Positions 41,624 through 56,653 of a stretch of 64,000 nucleotides of DNA are shown here, piece by piece. This DNA is from Basidiobolus meristosporus CBS 931.73 (Eukaryota > Fungi > Basidiobolomycota). Location: assembly GCA_002104905.1 (NCBI GenBank), contig MCFE01000154.1:88365-152364 (forward strand), in the 5' to 3' direction. The notes under the pieces are model-generated. The model worked only from the letters and a program-made list of their open reading frames with translations. It searched no databases and was not told the DNA's origin. The position numbers and the translations under genes are program-made. Position 1 is the stretch's first letter. Every line of letters begins with the position of its first letter.

Positions 41624-43036
41624 CTACTGCGTCCTGTGCACCAAGGATCGCCTGATGCGCTTCCCGATCAGACGTGCGATGTTCCTGGCCGACAAGGTTT
41701 CGGTCTCCATGGTGGATATGAAGGGCTCCATCGTGTTTAGGTAGTAGAGGCCTGGGGAAAGCTCCACCGGAAATTCCTGTTGCACCCCTGTGGTGGTCAT
41801 CGTCGGATACGCGTTCCATGTGACCTGGACCACTTCCTTTTTCAGGCTCTCGAATAGATGCGTTAGGGTGGCTGGCTGGAGGCTGCCAGTCGTTTGAAGA
41901 TGATACATGTATATTCCCTTTTCCGGCTGATAGTTTGCTAACCTGTAGAGACTGTTAAACGGCAACTTGGCTCCTGGAGGACTGGTAACGGAGATGTCGG
42001 TGGGGAGAAGGCCATCCGCAACATTGAAATATGCGGGCTTCACTCGCCCAGTTACGTGGGTTACCTGGACCTGGGTGTAGTTCACGGAGGGGTATTGAAT
42101 GTTGGGTGCAAAAGAGAGTCCGGATAGGTGGATTGGGGTGGCTATGACTAGATAGTCGAAGGCTTGGGGCTTCCCTTTGCTGGGCACCACCACGTACTTC
42201 CCTCGACGCCTGAAGATCGCCTTCACACGTCGCTTGAGGAGCACCTTGGAGCGGGACCTGGCCGCCAGCTCCTTGGATAATCCGGCATTACCCGAAGTGA
42301 TGGAGTGTGTGGTGCACGCCCCTGCCACGGGAATGGTCGCTATGCTGGCAGCTAGGGCATGGATCTCGGTGATGCCTCGAGCGTAGTTCGATCGGGTGGC
42401 AAAATCAAGATGTTCCTTCACAAATGTCTCGTTCAGGCCTTGCTGAATGAAATAGTCGTAACCGGTTACCCCCAGCATGTCATCCAACCCCAGTGATTTG
42501 AATAAACCGTTTACGGAAGTCCACATTAGGTCATGATCATAGACTCTCAAGAAGCGGCTCAGCATCGAGCTGATGACTCCCTCGAGCTTCTCAAAGTTCT
42601 CCGGCCCATATCTAGCTACGGGAGATCCCTTCCAGAGAAACTCCCTTCCGTTCCACAGATCAGAGGTCGAGTTTTCTAACTGTTCGCCGAACTCCTGTTG
42701 CACAGGAAGGGAGAACCTCTTGGTTAGATTCATGAGGTTGTAGTTACAGCTTACGAATAGAGACGCACCCATGCTCAAAGGAATACTAGGCCGCTTGGGT
42801 CGGGTGAAGACCGGGCTAAGTGTTCTCCCTCCTAGACGATCTTCCGCCTCAAAGATTGTGATGTCTACGTGGATATTTTGCTTCTGCAGCAACTCTCGCA
42901 GGTAGTAGGCGGTGGAGGTGCCTCCGATGCCGGCGCCAATGATACCGATCTTCCTGGTCTCTCTGGTGCCGCTGTTTGCGGAGCAGATGCCGCCTACTAG
43001 AAGACAAAGTAAGAAGGAACCCGGCCTAAAGTGCAT
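41624..43036 (-). CDS. Prenylcysteine oxidase/lyase-like FAD oxidoreductase, secreted-type, intronless
   Basis: Signal-like N-terminus; KIGIIGAGIGGTSTAYYL, IFEAEDRLGGR, GASLFVSCNYNL, WNAYP, YYLNTMEPFISTMETETLSARNIARL. Confidence 0.85.
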   Translation of the reverse strand: MHFRPGSFLLCLLVGGICSANSGTRETRKIGIIGAGIGGTSTAYYLRELLQKQNIHVDITIFEAEDRLGGRTLSPVFTRPKRPSIPLSMGASLFVSCNYNLMNLTKRFSLPVQQEFGEQLENSTSDLWNGREFLWKGSPVARYGPENFEKLEGVISSMLSRFLRVYDHDLMWTSVNGLFKSLGLDDMLGVTGYDYFIQQGLNETFVKEHLDFATRSNYARGITEIHALAASIATIPVAGACTTHSITSGNAGLSKELAARSRSKVLLKRRVKAIFRRRGKYVVVPSKGKPQAFDYLVIATPIHLSGLSFAPNIQYPSVNYTQVQVTHVTGRVKPAYFNVADGLLPTDISVTSPPGAKLPFNSLYRLANYQPEKGIYMYHLQTTGSLQPATLTHLFESLKKEVVQVTWNAYPTMTTTGVQQEFPVELSPGLYYLNTMEPFISTMETETLSARNIARLIGKRIRRSLVHRTQ

Positions 43037-46000
43037 AGTTGCCAACAAGAGAGCGTGCGATGGCTGAAAGTGCTCGATTGGTATGTCTGTGCCAATCTAT
43101 TTATATTCTCCAAGGTCAGCCTGTGGAATCCAACTTTGTTACTCAGATTGGAACATCCGGATCAAGCATTGCATAGAATCTGGGCTAAATCACCGATGGC
43201 CTAAATTGAGCATCAAAAGCTTATGAATAGACGGATCAATCAGACATAAGGCATTGAAGGAAGCCAGAGTCGCTAGAAAGCAGCCGCCGAGATGTGACAG
43301 CTTTGGACCTACCGCCCTGAAAAGGAGACTCAGCCAGTAGCGATGCAAGGATCAGGCGACAGTAATAAGAAGACATGCTGCTCATGCACTCAATGGTGTT
43401 TGTAGCGCTAATTGATGGTGATTCTTGGATGTTCAACAAAAGCACGCATTCTCAATCCATAGAGTATCTTTGTATCTACCCATCGGCAGCAGTTTTGATT
43501 TGCAGAAGAATGCCACAATGGTGACCTAGAATCTTGTTGAGGTGATTGAATGGAAATCATGCACTGACAATTTTCTCACATAGAATGCCTTCGGGGCCTC
43601 ATGTCTCGTATGTAGTAGGTATTTGGTGGTGCCTTGGCTGGTGGTATCACATGCTCAAACTTGATCGCATGTACGCTCTGGAAATCCTATCCAGATTTGA
43701 CCGGAGAGGCCCCCAGAGAAAGGGACGTCACATTCTGTGGATCGTACTTCACGCACCGGCAGCTACCGAGCAGAGGCCGGGTTTGTGGACTCTCAGGCTT
43801 CGCTTGGGCCCCTTGACAAGGCCCATAGCTTGTATTGGAGTCGGCCTTTGCGGGGCGTACGCTTTTCGGGCAGTTGGAGATGCCCGCTGAGGAGCATCGT
43901 TCTGGAGGCAGAGCATGGATGTACTGGTGACTGATGATCACGGATACCCAGGCTCCCTGCGATCTTGCCGTCTAGAATAAGAGCCAGTTCTGTACGAAAC
44001 AGCTCCTCCGAGATAAATCGTAGCTGGCATGCTCCCATTTCGGGTGCCATCCCACTGACAACTGGGCTGTCGGGTTTTGGGGCGTACCAACTGATCTTCT
44101 ATTTTCCAATCGTCACATCTAATTAACACATGTCCCATATCAACTAGCACATTCGAATTGGTCTGATTTCGGCGCTCTGGCACTACATAGGGATCGGTTT
44201 CTATTTCTCGTCTGAGCAGCTCCTACTTCGTCGGCCCTGCGAGCAAGCCTCCAAGATCATGGCGGGTGCCACAAGAATCAGATGGGTTGTAAGCCCAACC
44301 TGCCGTCCCTATGCCCGAGCTTACGTACGACTGCTAGGGGAGCGAAGGGCAACGACATGGCCACTCCTGTCCATGAAGGACGATTGCCGCCGCACACTGC
44401 TGCTCCCCTGGGCCCTCAGGTTCCATCGGTGTTTGATATAGAAACCTGATTCATGCAACTCTGGGTCGGTTTCATGCTGGCGAGGAATCGTTTAAAACAT
44501 CGCAGAGCACACTTGTGCCTGGAGAAATCAGCAGAGGTGGTGGTCTGGCAATCCATTGGAGGATGCCATAGCTCAGTGCCTCCAGCATACAAGCCAGCCA
44601 ATCGCATCTGTGGCGAGGCCAGAATCCCAATGATATGTGACGCTCGATGACTGCTCGGTGCTCTATATGGTACGCAAGCGCTACTCTCTAGGATTAGTCA
44701 TGGTACACCAGGTCCTCTGCATGGGATCGTGCCACCCGACGTGACTGTCAATGTGCATGTTGAAGAGGTGAGTGCTCCGAGTCGCTCATCTGGGGCGCCA
44801 GATTCCTTATCGGTACTGAAGTCGAGCTATTCAAGCACCGTCCATGCTGTTCTCCGCCAGCATCGATGGTGCGTCCGCCTTTGGCGGCTTGGAATGGCCC
44901 TGATGGTCACGCCACTACATCCACTAGCCGAGCTGATTCTCGAAACCAGTTTGGCTGGGTGTCCGCAACTCACTAGGGCTATTGCTAGATCGTGGATGGC
45001 CGCCACACTCCTACGCGATCCCAGCCAGCGCCTTCAGTCGGATCAGCCATCACAGTAATTCCCACAGCCCTCAGCACTGACGCCCTGGCCTGATGATTAC
45101 TCATCACTCTCCGGCCTAGGCCTCGCCTGCCTTACTCACTCCCGCTGCCCTTGGGAAATCCCTCAATGTTACGTATTGCTGACCACACGCTGGCCAAGGA
45201 TTGGAGCATGTCTCTGGGTGCCCATCTAGGATGCACTGCGTGCGATCATCTGGGCTGCCTCCGCTGCCTCGTTGATTACATAACCACCGCGCTGCCACCT
45301 AGTCATGGTCCACGTACCAGTTCTGACAAACCCATCGATCAGCCGCTTTGGCATCTTACTTGCTGGAATCACTTGGTTCTGATACTTGGTGAAAACCAAT
45401 TCCGAATCATGCGGTCGTGGTTATCAATGAAACGGAACGGAGTTTCATATCATCAGTGATCATTTCCAATGGTCGCTTTTCATGGGAGTTAATAAATTGC
45501 CAGATAATACGGATGATACGAATCCAGCTAGCCACCGTAATCAATGCAATCATAGGGATTCTCCGACGTGGAATAGGGCAATCCCTTGCCGCTGGGTGGT
45601 CCCGCGGGAAATAGGGGATTCTCGTGATTCCGATAATAAACACAGGAAAATATATAGTGTTCAATGTGACTCGATTTGCGATCCTTTCGTGATTATTTCT
45701 TTATCTAGGCACTCCTTGCTTTCAACCAGAATCGTCTAGCGAACGTTAGGAGAGAATAAGCGGAAAGAGTATTATTTCGTTCTATATATTCCACAGTGCC
45801 ATTCTACCCCTAGTATTTCGAGCCCTGCCAAGCATACGCCTGCAGTGCTTGCAAAATAGCTCCTAAGATTTCCTTCGATTCTTGGTGCTGCCTCCCCTTT
45901 CCACTAACAGCACCCTCTGAAAACCCCGAACTCGACAAGGCCCACAGAAGCAACGATCCATCCCCTCCATTCCACATTTCCACAACAATCTTGCCTTGTT

Positions 46001-46048
46001 GAGCGTGTGCAGCATCTATACGCACCTCGTTGAGCTCATATTCTCGAG

Positions 46049-47481
46049 ATGGACATGTCAGCATATACCTATTCAACTCAGTCGGAGGTATCTACTCAGG
46101 ATAAACGAAGGCCCGCAGACAATCCGATGCGGGAAGACCACGCTCTGCCCACTCAGAAGCAATACTCGCTGAAGGATTTCGAGCTGCTGGAGACTTTGGG
46201 TCAGCCACCACATCCCGTCCACTCGCGGCTGGCGATACTAATGTCGTTTCTGTACTTGCTTAGGCACAGGGACTTTCGGAAGAGTGTTCCTGACTAGACA
46301 TCGAGGTACCAGCAACTACTACGCCATGAAGGTTCTGAAGAAAACAGACGTTGTGCGGTTGAAGCAAGTGGAGCATATTAACTCGGAAAAAAACATACTG
46401 GCCCAGATTCAATTTCCCTTCATCGTTAACTTGTAAGTGGCGCTTCATTTTCCTCTGGAGGTCAGGCCGCTCATGCTTCGATGTAGATTTTGCTCCTTTC
46501 AAGACAGCAAGAATCTGTACATGCTTCTTGAGTATATCATTGGCGGTGAGCTATTTTCCCACCTGAGACGCGCAGGTCGTTTCACGAACGACATGACTCG
46601 CTTCTACGCCGCAGAGATTGTACAGGCAATCGAATACCTCCATTCGAAAGACATCATCTACCGAGACCTGAAGCCGGAGAACTTACTGCTCGACGAACGC
46701 GGCCACATCAAAATCACCGACTTCGGCTTTGCCAAAAGCGTGGATGACCGGTAAGGATCCGTCCATCATGATGGCCGTGAAAGCTGAGTTAATCTGCCCT
46801 CAACAGGACTTGGACTCTTTGTGGGACGCCCGAGTATCTGGCCCCCGAGATTATCCAGAGCCGTGGCCATGGCAGAGCAGTAGATTGGTGGGCACTGGGG
46901 ATCCTGATATTTGAGATGCTGGCGGGGTATGCTGTCACTTCGTGCTACATTTTCTTAGCCACTAACCCGAATTCTTTCCCCTCCACCAAAAGATATCCAC
47001 CCTTCTTCGACGATAACCCTTTTGGAATCTACGAGAAGATACTGGAAGGGCGCATCATGTTTCCCTCTCACTTCGAGCCACTGGCCCGGGACCTGATCAA
47101 GAAGCTGCTGACTGCGGACATATCCAAGCGGCTTGGTAACTTGAAGGTACATACTCCCTCACATTCAGCTCAACGCCAGAGTCCCTCCTAATGCTCAAGC
47201 TTTCCTAGGGAGGAGCTGAAGATGTTAAGAGACACAAATGGTTCACAGGTGTCGACTGGCAACTGGTGATGGCTCGGGAAATCATGGTAACGTCCGGTAA
47301 GCGCAGCCCCCATCACCACACATCGCTCACCATTAAGCCCTAGGCGCCCATTGTACCCGCGTACCGCCATCAAGGAGATACTTCGAACTTTGACAAATAT
47401 CCGGAGCCAGAGGTAGAAGAGCCGGAAGACCCAACTTACGAGGACCCTTACTATCATCTGTTCCGAGATTTCCACATGTGA
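46049..47481 (+). CDS. cAMP-dependent protein kinase catalytic subunit (PKA-C/PRKX-like), spliced
   Basis: [79 protein letters not shown]. Confidence 0.93.
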
Positions 47482-48116
47482 ACCTCGCTCCAACCATCCA
47501 AGCATAAATCCATTCCATTCATTGTTTATCTTCCACAATAATTAGCCCTCCCACATTCTACTATTGAGTGAGCCCCCGAATAGCGCGCTATTCAAGGCAT
47601 CCCGTTCTTGCACCAATCGAGCCAGCACACATTACCGGCAAGGCCTTACAGCTTCGTTGGAGAATCTATCGCATCGATCACTTAATCGTCACTTCTCTTC
47701 TCTTCGTATTTTTCTTCACTTCGCGCCTTCAGTATATTCAATCGAGTCTATGCCCATCTGTAATAAATAATCACGTCTACTTCTTGATGAAGTTCCAGGG
47801 CCGATTCTTTTACATCGAGGAGCAAACGGAATCGGCTGTGGAGCAAACCCCAGGAGGCATGATATATCCTTCTCTAGGATGTAGTAGGAGACTTGACTGC
47901 TGCCGGGGGATCTTGGCCGAGGCCTTAGTGACTGCTCTTCAGGAACCAGCAAATACCCGGGACATACTGTGAGCTTCGGGTACCAGCGTGGAATGGGCCA
48001 GATTTTGCTGGAGGCTGTCTCGTTTAAGGTGGACTACCGACCATTGCAGCAAAGCTCCGCCGTATCTACTGTACCGCGTCCTCTCTAGCCTTTGATCAAT
48101 ACCACTCCTCTACAAG

Positions 48117-48157
48117 TATACATACATACATACATACATATATGCATATATATATAT
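48117..48157. repeat. (TACA)n/(TA)n microsatellite
   Basis: TATACATACATACATACATACATATATGCATATATATATA between convergent genes. Confidence 0.8.
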
Positions 48158-48577
48158 TGGTGTACCAACTTCCCCCTTTGATTACATCCGTTCTTGGTGT
48201 AATCTCACATAAGCCCATCAGGTGCAGCCTAAGAAACCCACAGCTATGTATATGGCAAAATCCTGTTATTATTATTCGGGAGTTATGATATTTAACCTAG
48301 GGATTGTCCCTCGGATGGAACGGAGACCAGCTGGTTTTGCAAACCGTCTTGTCATTAAGGATAGCCCTTGTAAAGGGTTAGAACACATCTTCATATTGTG
48401 CGAAATTTTAGGGAAGGTGAGAAAAACCCATGTACGAAAATTAGGTACTGAACTACTACGTGTGATGGGGAAACGATTCCTTTCTTCGGATAAGGTGTAT
48501 ACATTGGGGAGTGGTGTGGCTCGCGTAAATAGTGAAGCCTGAATAACAGCATAAGGCATGGCCAAGTATTCAAGGGA

Positions 48578-51500
48578 TCATCGGGGGCTGTGGGATCTAT
48601 GGAGCAAACTCCCCCCACTCTCGCTTCCTTCCTCACTGGGAGTGTGACTACGCGGGTTCGACAGACTTACGCTGGACAGATGGGCAAGCTGGCTAGGTGT
48701 TTGGTAGCCTAGTATTTCCAGAGATTCCGAAGCAGCAGTGGGAATCGTAGAGCCAACAGCCAAATTATTGAGCGTCTTCTGAGTTTTCCTGCGTTTCGTT
48801 CGCTCGAAATCTGACCACTTCTTCATGACAATGCGGGAGCCATCGAATTCGCCTTCGGCGGTTCCGTGATCGTCCCCGTCTTTACTCCCAGCAACCTGGC
48901 GTGTTTGCCCCCAACTAAAATCATCGAAATGCCAGAACGAGTAGACCGGCAGGATGAAGTTCCACACAAACAGAGCCATGAGGTAGATCAGCATCCAACC
49001 GACATAAACCAACTTCCGGGTAGTCATCAGGATGAGAACCGCCGGAAGCCCCAGAATGATCGCGAGCAGTATCAGTGGGATAACCGGCACTGGCTTGGTC
49101 AGGAACGAGATGACCACCAGGTAGATGGTAAAGCAGATGGCGGCAGGTAACACCACCGTCCCTACAAGCTCCATAAACACGACAAATTGCATGGAGAAAC
49201 AGAAGGTGCCACACAGGTCACGGATCAGCACCAATTCCATAAGATTGTGGACTGTCGAGTTGATCCACCGTCTACGCTGAGACAAAAGAACTTTGAACGA
49301 CTCGGGCACGACCGTTTTACATACCGCTTGGGGGACAAATATCATTTTTCTCTTGGGAAATGTACGCAGCATCATTGTACTCAGAAAGCGATCCTCACCA
49401 AGTAGAAGCAAATTCTTCTTGTGCAGAGTATCCACCACGTTCTCGGAATAATGCTCGACAATATCCGGGCTGGCCAATACAGGCACCCAGAAGCCATTCG
49501 GCCCCTTGGGTGCTTTAATCCGATACATGCAAAAGCAACCTGGAAGGCATGTAACCCCTCCGAAGATGGATTCAAAGGCCTTGTTTAGATGATGGGAGAT
49601 GTAGTATTCAAACACCTGGATCATGGTGACCCAACTATTGCGTTTGTTGGCAATCTTGGTTTCCCCACAAAGACCCATGATTTGTGGGTCGCGCACCATG
49701 CAAGAGACCATCCGAGTCACGGAGTCTGGATACACCTTGGTGTCTGCATCCACCATCAAGACGATCTCAAAGTGGTCCGGGCTCACCCCGGTCACTCCCC
49801 AGATCGCATTGAACAGCTCATACTCCATTTCGGTCATGCGGTCGTCGAACATCACATGCTGCAGGAAGGACATCAGAATAATCTGACTATCGCGCTTGCC
49901 ACGGTTCCCGGGCTTGGGGAGCCCAGCCTCGTCCGGCGTGCCACACTTCGAAATCACCACCATGGGGACCTTGGTTTGCTTCTCCATCGGGACGGTGGAG
50001 TCGCTGAACTTGTAGTAGCCAGCGTAAATTTTCGCCATGTTGTGACGCTTGGACCCGTCCGCGATAGCAACATATGAGTACGGCTGGACACGCTCGGGCG
50101 GGATCACAAAGTCCTTCATCATGGAGATACATATGTCCGGGGTGGAAAGCTTGTTTCCTGCTCCCATGATGATGCCGTCAGCAATAACCAAAATCATTTT
50201 GTGCGACGAGGGGTAGTCGGTCAACGCCAAAGAATCGAGGGTGGTGCGCAAGCCGTGTTCATCTTCTGAGTACGCTGTTACCAGCATGATTGTGTACGCG
50301 AGAGAGAAGTTGAAGGGTTGGAAGGTGGCCGGCGGTGGGGTTGGCGGCACGTGGACGTTACTCAGCATAGTTGTAGAGCTTCTGGAATCGCGCCTAGGGC
50401 TATTCAAAGCCAAGGAACTAAGCGAGTCGTTCTTACCAATGTTGCTGCGGAGCTTGCCATCCTGAGAAACCGAGACGTAGCTTCGTTTCCCGTTGAAGTC
50501 ATGGTTGGGGGTGGAAAATCGGCTTGTGCTGGGGAGCAGCGTGCTGCTATTCGAGGCTAGGTTGTTTCCGAATCTGCCTGCAGGCATGGCCAGATTATTT
50601 GGGTTTTCACTCCACTTCTCGATGGCCTCGACTCTTTTCATGCGTTCTTCATAGGTCTCCTGCCGAAAGCTACCCAGACGCCAGCTGATCACCCATCCAA
50701 AGAACACTGCAAGGAAGAATTTGCTCAGTACCACCCCAAGGATCACCACCAACGAGACATAGAGGATTATGTTGGAGATGATGCAGCCCATTGAGGTGGT
50801 ATCTAAGGATCCAACTTTCAATATTCCCGCTGCACAGTTGGCCTCGTTTGGATAATAGTTTCTCAGGAAGAATGTTACGTCCGTTCCTCGATAGAGGGAG
50901 CTAGGCGCTCTGAGCAAATCAAACACCGGGGGCATTTGGAAGTCGGTGGTTAACGAACTCAGTATATTCAAGTCCAACACATGCCTATAACAAAGTTTAT
51001 GGCTTGAGTAGAACATCAAGTAATCCGTGACTAAATACTCGACCTACCCATTATAAACCACCAGGTTGCGGCCATTACTCTGAATGTCCTTCCACTCGTA
51101 ATAGACATCTCCCAACACCGGCAAGGTGCGCAGAAGATTCGGCTCTCTGCCCAAGTGACATCCAACACGGCTAGTATTTTCCGTTGGACTCGGGTAGTTC
51201 GTACTGTTCCGAACTACACAGGGGAAGAAGGTGGCGGCATTCGTGTTGTTCCAGATCCTGCTACACCCTTCGTTGGTGGATTGGAAGAGAAACGAAATGT
51301 CCATCGACCCTGCTAGCACAGTGAGATCTCCGTTAGTAGGGATATTCGGAGCGCCTGGATGGGCATAGCCAGATATCTTATAAGCTCTGCCATTGATTAC
51401 AGTATAATCAGGACCAATAGTCCCCTGTCTAACACGCGGGGCAACATTCCACCCACACAACACTTGCTGGAGCCCGAAGGTGAGGAAGCCTACAATCAAG

Positions 51501-52610
51501 CACATTACAAAAACGATGGTACATAGGGCAATCTTCTCTCGCCATGCCTGTCTGACTTCCGGTGTTTTCATTCCTGTGTAGCAGTGATTAGTATGAATCC
51601 GATGCATGGGATGAATCGAAATGCACTATGACAGGCGCCGACACTCACCGCAACATGAAAGGACTGGGCTAGGTGCATAGAATGTGATTACTCTGGAAAA
51701 AATCACCCAAGCACTAGGGCACTTCTTCGTGGTTGCCGACCCTTGGCTTTTTGCCTTTGTTTCTCTTGTAGAATTGGAGCGGCTGATCAGGCCATCGCGG
51801 GCTCCCCTAGCTTGTCCCCTTGCGTGAATAGCTTCGCTGGTGTAGCCATGCCTATCTGGTCTTCGCTCAGGGCGGATCAGCGATTTTTGCCGACGTGGAA
51901 GCTCCGCACGACCCTGACCCTCCATGTTCACGTCATTTGAGACCACCACTCTGGGCGATTTTGTGTGAGATGAGGAGCGGGGATAAGCGCGGATTTGAGA
52001 GCGATTGGGAAACTCGTTGGTTTGCGGGGTGGAGCCTTCTATGAAATCAACTAATTGGTTAGGACTTTAATGAAATTCACCAGCCCAGCAGGCAATTTCC
52101 ATTGATTCAGCCAACTCCGCCTGGCCACCAACCAATCGCCCGACGTTCAATTTAATTTGTGATGGCTGTCAAACATACCAGAAGTTGATGGATTCTGAAG
52201 TGCTTGCAACTCAACCTTTTCGGCCGCAGGTCGCTCCGAGTCCGGGACCTTTGGTAGAATGCGTGGCGTGTGGCCACGGCTGTACGTGCTTAGCGGTCTG
52301 TCGTCCTCGGAGAGGTTCATCGGATGCTTCGGAAAGATGGGTGAAGATGATTCTATGGATGGCCATTGAGTATCCGGCTAGAGTGTGCAGGGATCGAATA
52401 CTTACCTCGTTTATTGAAGGCGTCTTGAATGTAGCTTGAGTGGAGCTTGGGAGTAGCGTCAAACCCCTGCTCCAAATCCCCGCCATCCTGATCAAACCCC
52501 TCCATGGCATCTGAGTGAGCGGCTGCCCTCTCACTCGAGTTGGAAGAGTCCGAGCCTCCCTGATAGGAAGCGGAGCCTCTTGCATTACTGTTCTTATTGG
52601 CAGAAGACAT
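48578..52610 (-). CDS. Class IV chitin synthase (yeast Chs3-like); the 5' exons above ~51950 are tentative
   Basis: [12 protein letters not shown]-terminus; AWREKIALC; [51 protein letters not shown]. Confidence 0.93.
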
Positions 52611-55600
52611 GGAATATGTAGTCTATGTGTGGTCTCGCGACGAATTTATCAACAGGGGAGGTGAACTACCCGAAGACCGAATATCACCAACGGTAAGCTG
52701 AGTAGTAAGATCGCAGCTAATAACAAAGAATGATCAGTTACGTTGGGAGGATGGTGTCGGCTTGTCACAGGGCTAAAAAACAAAGTCACAGGTGTAGCAA
52801 TTAAAAGGGGCAACAATGGTAGAACAAGGGGCTCCGTCTACGAAGGAATACGTCGTAGAGGGGTTGAGATAGAGGCCGCTGAGGATGAGGTTTAATGCCA
52901 GCTGGCCAACAGGCTATTGGGTATCTACCGCCTCAATGATGTTCTAAAGCGAGGTCAGTGAAGTAAGAGTATATAAAGATCTGGCCAAGCTAGGTGAAGG
53001 TGAGAAAAAAAGTACGGCACCAAACCAGACGAGCCTTTTTAAAACCTCAACCAAAGCGGGGTCAGTTGGTGTGCTGGTGGTGTAGGCGCCTATTTGTCCA
53101 TGAAATTCCCGTACATTTGGATGGGTTTCCGGGCGAGCTGGTGATCTGTAGGCTTCCTCTACAAATATCGCCAATTTTAACAAGCAATCTATATTAAAGT
53201 GAGTCCAATGCTAAACCAGTTAAATCGATGCAAAACGGATGATTGTAGAGACCTCAGTCTGACCCACAAGGGCGATAATTGGTTTAAAGTTACACAGGCA
53301 AATGAAATTGCAATAGAGATGATCCTATTTGATGCAAGAAATTTGCTGCAGTATCATAATTGGCCTCAATGCAGTAAACCGGGCTTTAAGTCTAATAAGG
53401 ACACTCCACTACTCAATCAACTAACCGCCGATTCGGGGAATACGCTTTTAATATGCTTCGCGAAATGGATTGAAGGGGCTAAGCCGCACACACTGAGTGA
53501 TCAATTCAGTACTACAAACAAATCTCCCCTGGCTTTGCTTGCTTGGATCTATACTGCAGCCTGCTTCTCAATGAAATCCCGATAGCCTGACTGATATTGT
53601 ATGTAATGTACGGCATACAACGGTGAATAACTAGCACATAGTGGACGGTGAATTAAATTGGATGGCACTTTCTGCATAACTGCCCTGGGAGATGCTGCGT
53701 TTCGGCTCTTTACAACAACATCTCGATAATTACCTGGTTGACAATAGATTCAGTGGCTCGTGAAAGCACCACCACATAAGGACAGAGGGATTCGCCGCTA
53801 GCCCAAGTGAATCCAACAGGAGGCGAATCAGTGTCATGGGGTTGGTGTTTTGCTTAGGATTGCGCTGAGGTGGATTCCGAACAAGTCTAACAAAAGCGGG
53901 TCGTTGAGTTGTAGTTTATTCAGAATCTATTGTTGGTAAACAATCAACATTCTGCCTTTAACTACGGGTTGTAAGACGATGGGATGTGGATTGGGGTAGC
54001 TACGATTTCCGACACTAGTCCTATCGTTTAGGGCATCCGGCAGGCTGCATTGAACTGGATTTGCATTGTTCCAGGAGCAAGACATGTTGCCGATGCCCGC
54101 TATTATGACAACAATGGTCAGCAAGCATGCCTTCCTTGCCTTGTGATGCCTATTTTCCATCCCGCAAGCAATGGTGTCAGTATCTTGTTTCAGCAGGCCT
54201 GTTTGGTGCGGCCCACCGTACAGGCACGTCATGGCCCTGGTGGAATTACATCATTGATTCTCTCGATTCAGCGGCACCATATATTTCTAACCGAACGAGG
54301 CCGGGGCTCTCCGGCACCCCACAATAGCCAAAGCTATTTGCCAACAACAACCAAGAAACTCAACGGTCAGAATCTGCATCAGTATGGAGTATCGATTTCG
54401 TCATCATGAAAGCTCGCCGCCTAACCTGCCAGCCCACAATGCTAGACATGCTCTCCAGGACAACTAATATGTACAGAAACAGACTCACTGACACCCGTGT
54501 GTGGGAGTAGTGCCAATGAAGTGAGTGTATATAAAACCATTGAATGGAACCAACTGTTTATTCAACACCCCTTCATAGTCTGCCACATCTGGTTGGTCTA
54601 TACTTTTGTTGCTGCCAAGTGTTCGCAGGATGCCATTAATCTTCAGAGCAGATTTTATTTATGTAGACGAAGGAAGCAATTGTGACAAACTAGCAGCAAT
54701 TACAAGCATACGTAGGCTAGCGCTGTGGTGGTATTGAGACGGCTGCTGGCCCCAAGTGCCGAGTGTGAGCTGGACACCGTTTCTCGAGAGAAAGCCACCA
54801 GAAGCCGTGTAGGTCAGCAGCATGTGGAAGCCTCCATTCTACCCGGAGCTTGCTTGATATTTCAGCTCCAAGTGACGTGACATTCACATTGGAACAGTGT
54901 TTTCATGTAGCGTGTCCTCGATTTAATGTTACATTGAGGCAACCTGATCACCTAGTGATGGATGGCAAATTGAGTTCCACGATTGTTGGCCACATTCTGT
55001 TCATCCACGTCACTGGCTACACGGAGGGCAGCAATCAGCTTTTGTGTACTATCGGGATCCCCCACCCCATAACGGTGCTGATGCGTGATGCCCTGGTTTG
55101 ATGTAACGACATGGCGGATTCTAGAGAATGGTCTAGGGGATAGTTAGAGTCATGCCTAGGCTTTACCTCAAATCATCGCAGAAGTGGAATGTGGGGTCGC
55201 ACAAGGCCGGATGGATTGGCCAGGTAGAACTGAATTGATGGTGGAGATGCAATCAAGCTTGACGGTAGAATGATGTATTTCTTTGTTGTGTATGTTACGA
55301 AGTGCTCTTTTTCGCCCATCGAAACACATACGACATTACACTGCATCCATGAGACCCAGCGAATACGCATTGAGCGATATGGATTCAAGCTTTGGATGAG
55401 GCACATGATGAATTGAGGAACTGGAACCAATTCTACTGAAGCGAAATCCATTCCGTTACACAGTGTGATAGAAATCAGCTGATAACAGCCACATAGTTCC
55501 CTATCTAACCCATCGGCCATATGAGAAATATGAGAATATCCCATACAGCATCTCTGGTTTAGGGAGAGGGAGGTGTGCTAAGATTGCATTGGCAATCAAT

Positions 55601-56653
55601 CACGGCACCAACGGGTTAGGGGAAGATGTCATCCAAGCGTACTTATTAGTTAGGTTATGCACAGGGTCCACAGAAAGCCAAGGTACATTATCTTGCGCGG
55701 AGTGCACGTGTATGTGCTGAGAGGCACAAATAGGACGCCTGGAGATGATCCTGGGTCAGGGTTGTTCTAGAAAACGGCTGCTCTGATGAACAATCTTGTA
55801 TTTCATAACGGGCTGATGGTTGGAAAATAAACGACAATAAATAATCAGTAGCTCCCAAATGAATTCCGTAGCATGTTACATTGCACTTACTGGCCACCAT
55901 TCCAAGCCCTGTCCGACACTGTGGGTGCTTCCAAATCCCAGCCCAGCAGGCCCGCAATGGAGCGAAGGGAGGTGGACGCAGAGGTGCAACAGGTGTAGGC
56001 CCCGAAGCGGCATGGCGGAGGCTCGAGAGTGTGGTGTGGATGGGTGCGAACCACGAGAATAGAATACCATTTGCGGATGGGGTTTGGATGGAATGCATAC
56101 GCATACAAAGCAAAAGGGTGCAAATTGGTCGTCTATGCTACAGCCCCCACTAATGGCAAATTAGAGTTGTGGTCAGGATGCAACTTGTGTGTAACATAGC
56201 CTCTCATCCACACACGAATGCGAAATCCAGTCGAGAGCTCTACCGCTTCGCCGGGTTGATCGTTGCCTTTTCCAATCGTGACATAAGGTTGGAAAGATCT
56301 CAATGGCCGACCATCACATCTGCTGCTAGTGGCAACATACGGGCGCCAATTCGGCCGTAGATCAGATATTTATCCATCAGCGGTGCTGGCAGACATCACC
56401 AGATTGGCCAATCTATCCGCCGCGGCCTGCCTTCTGATCGAAGCTTTCCTCGGTGGCTCGCAAAATTACCCCAAATATTTAATGACTGCAACCAGATCGC
56501 CTGGAATGTGATTGGGAGATGGCACACCAATGTACTTGTGAATATTCCTTCAAAACTTTGGGGTCACAGTGGGTTCCAAATCCAGATCGCTTAAATACCC
56601 GCCTGCGCCCCCAGGTATCATGCCAATCTTCCACCCTGTCTGGCTTACCCAAA

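Noticed and set aside
43100-45900. Many 60-115 aa ORFs between the oxidase and PKA genes
   Set aside because: No domain signatures or coding-like composition.
52700-56500. ORFs in the long chitin synthase-MDR intergenic region
   Set aside because: No recognisable products; consistent with divergent promoter or intergenic DNA.
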